Positions 25,986 to 32,038 of a stretch of 32,038 nucleotides of DNA are shown here, piece by piece. A program made the position numbers and the translations under genes. Below the pieces are notes generated by a model, which saw only the letters and a program-made list of their open reading frames with translations, did no database searches and was not told the origin of the DNA. Positions within the stretch are counted from its first letter, which is position 1. Each line of letters starts with the position of its first letter. Source of the stretch: Candidatus Deferrimicrobium sp. (GTDB lineage: Bacteria > Acidobacteriota > Aminicenantia > UBA2199); contig DATGXF010001204.1 in the NCBI GenBank assembly GCA_035299165.1, forward strand, positions 1-32,038, read 5' to 3'.

Positions 25986-27705
25986 AGAAAAGATTAAATG
26001 CAAAAATACGCCTATAACTCCGATTCCCAATAAAATCCTGCTGCTCATGTTACCCTATTGGGACCCGCTCATTCCGCCGCAGGGAATTTCCCACCTTAAA
26101 TTTTTTTTACAGCAACACGGTTACATCGTGAAAACGGATGACCTTAATATCAAAAAAGAATTTAAATTAATATATGACCGCTATTTCGGTCTTTATAAAA
26201 ATTATATTCCCCAGGATATGCAAGGAAATTTTTTCAATATTGGGCATGATGTCATGCGAAACCATATGCTGGCCCATGTTAATTACACCCATGAAGCCGA
26301 ATATATGAAATTGGTAAAGGAAATCGTCTATAACACATTTTATATTATGCTCAGCGATGAGCAGGTAACCACGCTCAACAATGTAATGGTTGAATTTTAC
26401 CAGGCTTTAGAAGACTATTTACAATATTTACTAATAAGCGAAAGACCGTCTGTATTGGGTGTAACTGTACTCCGGGATACCATTGGACCGGCTTTGTTTG
26501 TTTTCAAACAAACGAGGAGAAAATATCCCTTTATAAAAACGGTTATGGGGGGAAGCATATTTTCAGATCACCTGTTAATGGGGACGCCCAACTATGAATA
26601 TTTTTTAGAGAAGACACCGTTTATAGATAAGATTATCATCGGGGAAGGGCAGAAATTGTTTTTAAAATTATTGAAAGGAGAAATCCCAGCTTCCAAACGG
26701 GTTATTACGATGAAGGATATTGAAGGGCAGGCCCTGGGATTTTCGCCCTTAAATTTCCCTGACATGTCGGACTTTAATGTTGCCGAGGATTATCCCTATA
26801 TTGCGGCCCAGGCTTCCGCCAGTTGCCCTAATCAATGCAGTTTTTGCAACGTGGCAGCCTATTTTGGAAAATATAGGGAAAAAGAAGCTTCAACCACGTT
26901 TGCTGAAATGAAAGCTTTGTATGAAAAATACGGCATGCAAATATTTTTTATGAATGATTCCTTATTAAATATGGTAGCTACCGGTTTGGCAGATGAGATA
27001 ATAAATTCTCATTTGACTTTGTATTGGGACGGGTATTTAAGAGTAGATCCGGCGGTTAGCGAGCCGGGGGTTGCGCTTCACTGGCGGCGCGGTGGATTTT
27101 ATCGGGCCCGCCTGGGAATCGAGAGTGGCTCCCAACGGGTATTGGACTTGATACATAAAGGAATCACCGTTACCCAAATAAAGGAAACTCTCATTAGTCT
27201 TGCCACTGCCGGGATAAAAACCACTGCCTACTGGGTAATCGGCCACCCGGGCGAAACTGAAGAAGATTTCTTACAAACCCTAAAACTCCTGGAAGAGATA
27301 AAGGACTATATTTATGAGGCGGAATGCAATTCGTTTATTTTCGGTTTTGGCGGCCAGGCAGATTCCGAAACCTGGAAAGAGCAACGGAAACCTCTTTACT
27401 CTGAAAGTGCCGGGGAAATGCTGCTCATCCAATCATGGGTCTGCGACACAGAACCCTCCAGGGAAGAAACTTATCGCCGGATGAACCGGTTCGTGCAATT
27501 GTGCCATCGGTTGGGTATTCCTAACCCTTATTCGATTATGGAAATTCATAATGCCGATTTGCGTTGGCAAAAATTGCATAAAAATGCGGTTCCCTGCCTG
27601 GCGGATTTCAAAGGACCCAATGCCTATATAGACGAATGTAAAACTGTAAAGCAATTGATGTTACTTCAAGATAAGATCGAGGAGGAAGGTGATTTCGGTT
27701 TTTAA
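25969..27705 (+). CDS. B12-binding-domain (class B-like) radical SAM enzyme, 578 aa, ending in an acidic FGF tail
   Basis: The N-terminal Rossmann-like segment KILLLMLPYWDPLIPPQGISHLKFFLQQHGYIVKTDD and VLGVTVL...KTVMGGSIFS is typical of cobalamin-binding radical SAM proteins. It has a canonical CxxxCxxC (CPNQCSFC) and GIESGSQRVLDLIHKG. Reaction and substrate cannot be read from the sequence. Confidence 0.88.
   Translation: MILDFKEKIKCKNTPITPIPNKILLLMLPYWDPLIPPQGISHLKFFLQQHGYIVKTDDLNIKKEFKLIYDRYFGLYKNYIPQDMQGNFFNIGHDVMRNHMLAHVNYTHEAEYMKLVKEIVYNTFYIMLSDEQVTTLNNVMVEFYQALEDYLQYLLISERPSVLGVTVLRDTIGPALFVFKQTRRKYPFIKTVMGGSIFSDHLLMGTPNYEYFLEKTPFIDKIIIGEGQKLFLKLLKGEIPASKRVITMKDIEGQALGFSPLNFPDMSDFNVAEDYPYIAAQASASCPNQCSFCNVAAYFGKYREKEASTTFAEMKALYEKYGMQIFFMNDSLLNMVATGLADEIINSHLTLYWDGYLRVDPAVSEPGVALHWRRGGFYRARLGIESGSQRVLDLIHKGITVTQIKETLISLATAGIKTTAYWVIGHPGETEEDFLQTLKLLEEIKDYIYEAECNSFIFGFGGQADSETWKEQRKPLYSESAGEMLLIQSWVCDTEPSREETYRRMNRFVQLCHRLGIPNPYSIMEIHNADLRWQKLHKNAVPCLADFKGPNAYIDECKTVKQLMLLQDKIEEEGDFGF
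26032..26720 (+). other. Putative cobalamin-binding N-terminal domain of the radical SAM protein
   Basis: Pattern of a beta-strand (ILLLMLP), PPxG-hLxxxLxxxG-h-V-x-x-D, and a later VMGG motif. It carries a ~100-aa helical insertion between them. The assignment rests on motif resemblance only. Confidence 0.65.
26824..26847 (+). other. Radical SAM [4Fe-4S] cluster motif CxxxCxxC
   Basis: tgc cct aat caa tgc agt ttt tgc = C-PNQ-C-SF-C (Cys286/290/293 of the ORF). Confidence 0.9.
27676..27702 (+). other. Acidic FGF-COOH tail (IEEEGDFGF*) on the radical SAM protein
   Basis: Codons atc gag gag gaa ggt gat ttc ggt ttt then taa. The tail type matches 4324-4350 and 25956-25982. Confidence 0.7.
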
Positions 27706-27716
27706 AATGACAGATA

Positions 27717-27723
27717 AAGGAGA
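27717..27723 (+). promoter_or_regulatory. Shine-Dalgarno-like site for NRPS-3
   Basis: AAGGAGA lies 10 nt upstream of ATG 27734. The intergenic gap is 28 nt. Confidence 0.55.
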
Positions 27724-27733
27724 CCTGAAATAA

Positions 27734-28480
27734 ATGAGAGGCATTAACAAATCGATAGATCTGGCTGATATTCTAAATCGGCATATAAAAGAGCAGAATT
27801 ACTGGTTGAATCAATTATCCGGCGATTGGGAAAAATGCAGCTTTCCGGCTTATGATACGAAAAAGGTATCCCGGCAAAAAGAAATGCAGTCGCTCAGTTT
27901 CCAGGTGGACAGTGAGCTTTTTGAAAAAATCATGAAGTTGCGCAATGGTTCCGATATCCGGTTATTCATAATATTGGCGGCGGGATTGGCGACACTTTTG
28001 TTTAAATATACCGATAACTGTGATATTGTGCTGGGGAGCCCGGTGTTAAAACAAGACCAGGGAATGGACGTTGAATTTATCAATACGGTTTTGACTTTAA
28101 GAAATCGTATTACCGGTACAATGTCCTTTAAAGAGCTCCTTTTGCAGGTAAAACAAACGGTCGCGGAAGCGACACAGCATCAAAATTACCCGGTAGAACA
28201 TTTGCCTGAACTATTAAATATACCCTTTCTTGAAGGTGAGGACTTCCCATTGTTCGATGCAGCGGTTTTGCTTGAAAATATTCATGATAAAGCATATACC
28301 CGCCCCATTCCATTGAACATGATTTTTTCTTTCAATAGGAACCCCCAGGATATTACGGGTATTATCGAATATAACCTTAACATTTATGATAGATGGACAA
28401 TCGAAAGAATTAGAGACCATTTCATCCGGATGTTCCAGGTCATTCTCTCAAACATCGATCATCCTATTTCTAATATTGAT
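27734..28480 (+). other. N-terminal half condensation domain (C-terminal lobe only, no HHxxxDG)
   Basis: It is a homologue of 4377-5106: KEQNYWLNQLSG, IRLFIILAAGLATLLFKYTDNCDIVLGSPV, FINTVLTLRN, HQNYPVEHLPELL, LFDAAVLLENIHD. The linker ILSEEEKNCLLMDFNNS follows. Confidence 0.8.
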
Positions 28481-31400
28481 ATTTTGAGTGAAGAAGAGAA
28501 GAACTGTTTATTGATGGATTTCAACAATTCGCAAATGGATTGTCCCGGCAATGTATTCATGCACCGGTTATTTGAAGAACAGGTGGAGAAGACGCCTGAA
28601 CACCCGGTTCTTATTTTTGCAAATGAGCAAACAACATATAGAGAATTAAATGAAAAAGCAAACAGGATAGGGGAGGCTTTGGTAATCAGGGGTGTGAGAG
28701 CAGGGTCATTATTAGGTATTATGACAAAGCCGTCTTCAATGATGATTGCAGCGATTCTAGGAATATTGAAAGCCGGTGGGGCTTATTTACCCATCGATCC
28801 CATTTATCCACCGGAAAGAATCGCCTTTATCATCCAGGACAGCCGTCTTCCTTTTCTGCTTACACATGAAGCACAAGTTAGCAATAAATTGTTGAGAGAA
28901 GGAACAGATGTCGTTGATCTGGATGAAATATCTGGCAATGGCGGAGCTGAAAGTAATTTTACCGTTTCGCTTAAAGATTCCGATCCGGCTTACATCATTT
29001 ATACGTCCGGTACTACAGGAAAGCCCAAGGGGGTGGTCGTGGAGCACCGGCAAGCCGTGAATACGTTAATCTGCCGGAAAACCGAATATGGCCTGGATGA
29101 CCATACCGTATCCTTACAGCTTTTTTCTTATTCTTTCGACGGTTTTGTAACTAGTTTTTTTACTCCTATTACAGCCGGGGCCCTGGTGGTACTTTTAAGT
29201 AATGAAGAGCTCCTGGATATCGATAAGATTAAAGACACCATACGACGTTACCGGGTTACGCATTTTATCAGTGTACCGACCCTTTTCCAAGCCATTTTAG
29301 AAGTAGTGAACGAAGAAGACATCAAATCTTTAAGAGTTGTTACTTTAGCGGGAGAGCAGTTATTGCCAAAGATAGTGGACATGGCAAAACGTAAAAATAA
29401 AAACCTGGAAATCGCACATGAATATGGCGTTACGGAAGCAGCGGTAATGTCCACATTATACAGGCGCCAGGAGCAGCGGGAGCGTATCGTTATTGGGCGC
29501 CCCACCGGGAACGTAAAAATATACATTCTTAACCGTGAGCTGCAAATACTGCCGGTAGGTATACCCGGTGAGTTATGCATTGGTGGAGCGGGAGTCACCC
29601 GGGGATATTTAAACAACCCCGAGTTAACCTCAGAAAAATTTAATCGGCCTTATCGTTACTATATATCCTCTTTTATATACAAAACCGGCGACCGCGCCCG
29701 CTGGTTAACAGATGCGACCATCGAATTCCTGGGCAGGATCGACCAGCAGGTAAAGATTTGGGGGTTCAGGATAGAACCGGGAGAAATCGAAGCCCGGTTG
29801 CTGGAGCACGAGAGCATCATACGGGCGACCGTCGTACCCAGGGAATCGTTATCTACAGGGGAGCGCCAGTTGTGCGCTTATTACGTAACAAAAGCACAAA
29901 TAAGTGCAAATGAGATCAGGGATTTTCTATCGAGACGTTTGCCGGATTACATGATTCCCACATATTATATTCCTTTGGAATCAATACCATTGACTGTGAG
30001 CGGGAAAGTTGACCGGAAAGCATTGCCCGAACCTAAAATCGAAAGCAGCGGCGTAACTTTTACCCAACCACGGGATGAAATAGAAAAACGGGTTGCCGAA
30101 ATATGGACGGAAGTTTTAGGTTTAAAGCAGGAGCTTGTCGGTATCGATTGCAATTTTTTCGAATATGGGGGCTATTCGATAAAGGCAACCCAGGTGGTCA
30201 ACAGGATATTCCAAAAAATGAATGTGCGTATCCCATTGGCGGAAATGTTCAAACGGCCCACCATCCGGGGTTTATCTGAAAATGTAAAAAAGGCCGGCAT
30301 TGAATGTTTCGAATCGCTGCAGCCGGTGGAAAAGAAAAAATATTATGCAGCTTCCTCTGCCCAGAAGCGATTGTTTATTCTCCAGGAACTGGATTTAGAA
30401 AAAATCAGTTACAATGCGCCGATTATGATGGTATTGGCAGGTAAATTAGACCGGCGTATGTTGGAAATGGTTTTTAAACAATTAATCGACCGGCACGAAA
30501 GTTTGCGGGCTTCGTTTCATATGGTAGGGGAGTGCCCCGTACAAAAAATCCATGATGATGTGGCATTTGCAGTCGAATATTACAGGCCGCCGGTAGAAAA
30601 AGTAACCGATAGCTTTGTTCGTCCTTTTGACCTGGGGCAGGCCCCGTTACTCCGGGTGGGACTTATTGAGACTGAAAAAGATAAATACATATTAATGGTC
30701 GATATGCATCATATTGTGTCGGATGGGACTTCGTTGGGAATGCTGATTAAAGAGTTTATCAGGCTTTATAATGGAGAACAACTCCCGGAAGTAAAAATTC
30801 AATATAAAGATTATGCGGAATGGCAGGCCGGGGAAACGCAAAAAGAACATATTAAACGCCAGGAAACATTTTGGCTAAAAGAGTTTGCAGGCGAGATACC
30901 CGTGTTAAATTTACCTACCGATTATGCCCGGCCGGCACTGCAAAGTTTTGCAGGTGCAACCGAAGGTTTCGCTGTTGACCGGGATGAAACGAGAAAGCTA
31001 AAAGCTTTAGTATCGGCTGAAAATACCACTTTGTTTGTCGTACTCCTGGCGTTATTCAATGTTTTCCTGGCAAAAATAAGCAGGCAGGATGATATCGTTG
31101 TCGGAACCGGGTCGGAGGGAAGGCGGCATTCGGATTTGCAGCAAGTAATCGGCATGTTTGTCAACACTCTGCCGCTGCGAAATTTCCCGGCTGCTGAGAA
31201 AAGCTTTAAAAATTTTATCGCTGAAGTCAGGGAAAACACGTTAGCGGCAATGGAAAATCAAGAATATCTCTTCGAAGACCTGGTGGAGCAAGTGGTGACC
31301 CGGCGGGATAAAAGCCGCAACCCACTTTTCGATGTTATGTTTCAATTGGGAGGTATCGGCGGTAAGGGAATCGAGACCATCGGTACCCCAGGGATCAATA

Positions 31401-32038
31401 TCCCGGGTTTAGTTATAAAACCCTATGGGGTTGCCGGCAAAATATCCAAATTTGATCTTACCTTAACGGCCATTGAACAGGGAGAAGAACTGCTTTTTTC
31501 ATTTGAATACTGCACGAAGTTATTTAAAAAAGAAACCATAACGTTATTTATTCAATATCTTAAAAATATTATTTCCACTGCTTTAGAGCAGCCGGGGCAG
31601 AAAATAGCAAATATACGCCAGGCAACCGAAAGCACCCAACAGGTATTAATGCGCCAGGACCTGGAGTTAGAAGCAGAAACCCGGAGAATGGAGGCCAAAG
31701 GACAAATACTTCAGACCCGGTTGAAAGAAACGCAAGAGCAGTTTAAAGACAGTATAGCCCTGGAAGATGGTGTGCTTAAATTAACTTATGAGAAGTTGAG
31801 AAAACAGACCGGGCAGGTAACCGACCAATTGTTAAATAAACCAATTAAACCCGGTACTTTTATTGGCGTTTTAATGACCCACCGGCTTTATTTTATTCTC
31901 ACCATGTTGGGCATCCTGGAAGCACGGGGGGTATTTGTGCCCCTGGATGCATCTTATCCCCAGGCCAGGCTGGAAGAAATGACGGCTTCTACCGGTATTG
32001 AAATAGTTATTATGGATAAAATTAATTTCGAGGTTTTT
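27734..32038 (+). CDS. NRPS subunit 3, 3'-truncated by the window edge; halfC-A(Tyr-like)-T-C(LCL)-A(partial)
   Basis: It is not in the supplied ORF track because no stop occurs before the window end. My manual translation of frame 2 from ATG 27734 runs 1,435 codons without a stop. It reads MRGINKSIDLADILNRHIKEQNYWLNQLSG..., YTSGTTGKPKG, FDGFVTS, HEYGVTEAAV, YKTGD, GGYSIKATQ, YYAASSAQKRLFILQ, MHHIVSDGTS, then LTYEKL and VFVPLDASYP of the next A domain. Confidence 0.92.
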   Translation, partial: MRGINKSIDLADILNRHIKEQNYWLNQLSGDWEKCSFPAYDTKKVSRQKEMQSLSFQVDSELFEKIMKLRNGSDIRLFIILAAGLATLLFKYTDNCDIVLGSPVLKQDQGMDVEFINTVLTLRNRITGTMSFKELLLQVKQTVAEATQHQNYPVEHLPELLNIPFLEGEDFPLFDAAVLLENIHDKAYTRPIPLNMIFSFNRNPQDITGIIEYNLNIYDRWTIERIRDHFIRMFQVILSNIDHPISNIDILSEEEKNCLLMDFNNSQMDCPGNVFMHRLFEEQVEKTPEHPVLIFANEQTTYRELNEKANRIGEALVIRGVRAGSLLGIMTKPSSMMIAAILGILKAGGAYLPIDPIYPPERIAFIIQDSRLPFLLTHEAQVSNKLLREGTDVVDLDEISGNGGAESNFTVSLKDSDPAYIIYTSGTTGKPKGVVVEHRQAVNTLICRKTEYGLDDHTVSLQLFSYSFDGFVTSFFTPITAGALVVLLSNEELLDIDKIKDTIRRYRVTHFISVPTLFQAILEVVNEEDIKSLRVVTLAGEQLLPKIVDMAKRKNKNLEIAHEYGVTEAAVMSTLYRRQEQRERIVIGRPTGNVKIYILNRELQILPVGIPGELCIGGAGVTRGYLNNPELTSEKFNRPYRYYISSFIYKTGDRARWLTDATIEFLGRIDQQVKIWGFRIEPGEIEARLLEHESIIRATVVPRESLSTGERQLCAYYVTKAQISANEIRDFLSRRLPDYMIPTYYIPLESIPLTVSGKVDRKALPEPKIESSGVTFTQPRDEIEKRVAEIWTEVLGLKQELVGIDCNFFEYGGYSIKATQVVNRIFQKMNVRIPLAEMFKRPTIRGLSENVKKAGIECFESLQPVEKKKYYAASSAQKRLFILQELDLEKISYNAPIMMVLAGKLDRRMLEMVFKQLIDRHESLRASFHMVGECPVQKIHDDVAFAVEYYRPPVEKVTDSFVRPFDLGQAPLLRVGLIETEKDKYILMVDMHHIVSDGTSLGMLIKEFIRLYNGEQLPEVKIQYKDYAEWQAGETQKEHIKRQETFWLKEFAGEIPVLNLPTDYARPALQSFAGATEGFAVDRDETRKLKALVSAENTTLFVVLLALFNVFLAKISRQDDIVVGTGSEGRRHSDLQQVIGMFVNTLPLRNFPAAEKSFKNFIAEVRENTLAAMENQEYLFEDLVEQVVTRRDKSRNPLFDVMFQLGGIGGKGIETIGTPGINIPGLVIKPYGVAGKISKFDLTLTAIEQGEELLFSFEYCTKLFKKETITLFIQYLKNIISTALEQPGQKIANIRQATESTQQVLMRQDLELEAETRRMEAKGQILQTRLKETQEQFKDSIALEDGVLKLTYEKLRKQTGQVTDQLLNKPIKPGTFIGVLMTHRLYFILTMLGILEARGVFVPLDASYPQARLEEMTASTGIEIVIMDKINFEVF
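28560..30040 (+). other. A domain, NRPS-3 module 1, predicted Tyr-like
   Basis: Code DGTITAEVMK against Tyr DGTITAEVAK (9/10). The A8 motif reads KIWGFRIEPGEIE, with W and P in place of the usual R and L. A10 is VSGKVDRKAL. Confidence 0.8.
30070..30290 (+). other. T domain (GGYSI variant)
   Basis: CNFFEYGGYSIKATQV. Ser codon 30176-30178. Confidence 0.85.
30341..31610 (+). other. Condensation domain, LCL type
   Basis: YYAASSAQKRLFILQ, RHESLRASF, MHHIVSDGTS (HH 30707-30712), GMFVNTLPLR. Confidence 0.9.
31750..32038 (+). other. Start of a divergent A domain (motifs A1-A2 only in window)
   Basis: LKLTYEKLRKQ (A1-like) and LEARGVFVPLDASYPQARLEEM (A2-like). It is preceded by an atypical Q/E-rich C-A linker. 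Confidence 0.7.

Noticed and set aside
27707-27733. Mini-ORF ATG ACA GAT AAA GGA GAC CTG AAA TAA (MTDKGDLK) between the rSAM gene and NRPS-3, in frame with NRPS-3 and ending right at its ATG
   Set aside because: It is 8 codons long with no SD site of its own, and it contains the SD site of NRPS-3. Most likely it is a chance ORF in the 28-nt spacer. A leader or coupling role cannot be supported from sequence alone.
1-32038. Thioesterase, reductase, MbtH-like, starter C or loading domains, promoters and terminators
   Set aside because: None is recognizable in the window. The intergenic gaps are 23 nt, 28 nt and a 17-nt overlap, leaving no room for promoters or terminators. Cluster ends must lie outside the window.

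Overview
The whole 32-kb window is one co-directional (+ strand), tightly packed nonribosomal peptide synthetase (NRPS) operon. I saw no RNA genes, CRISPR arrays, transposases or convincing minus-strand genes. There are four CDSs. (1) 1..4353 is the 3' part of an NRPS subunit (A-T-E-C). Its frame is open from nt 1, so the ATG at 46 is not the start. (2) 4377..25985 is a 7,202-aa six-module NRPS laid out as halfC-A-T-C / A-T-C / A-T-C / A-T-E-C / A-T-C / A-T-C. (3) 25969..27705 is a B12-binding-domain (class B-like) radical SAM enzyme whose start overlaps the end of (2) by 17 nt. (4) 27734..>32038 is a third NRPS subunit (halfC-A-T-C-A...) that runs off the window and is therefore missing from the supplied ORF track. 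Hand-extracted specificity codes suggest the order X(D)-Thr-Ser-Thr-X(D)-Gly-Thr-[rSAM]-Tyr-... Five observations go beyond routine annotation. (a) Both complete-ended synthetases and the radical SAM protein end in the same acidic ...[DN]FGF-COOH tail. (b) Subunit breaks fall at C|A, and each downstream subunit opens with a condensation-domain C-lobe that lacks the catalytic His motif. Together, (a) and (b) look like an undescribed docking system that may also recruit the radical SAM enzyme. (c) Six A domains carry in-frame but 8-nt-periodic purine/pyrimidine inverted arrays between motifs A2 and A3. (d) The A6-A7 loop is a hotspot for in-frame junk: GC-rich palindromes, 7-nt and 9-nt tandem arrays, and a ~70-aa insertion. 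(e) The A domains are clearly mosaic, with gene-conversion tracts. All domain boundaries are approximate. Specificity codes were aligned by hand against GrsA-PheA numbering, and no database search was possible.
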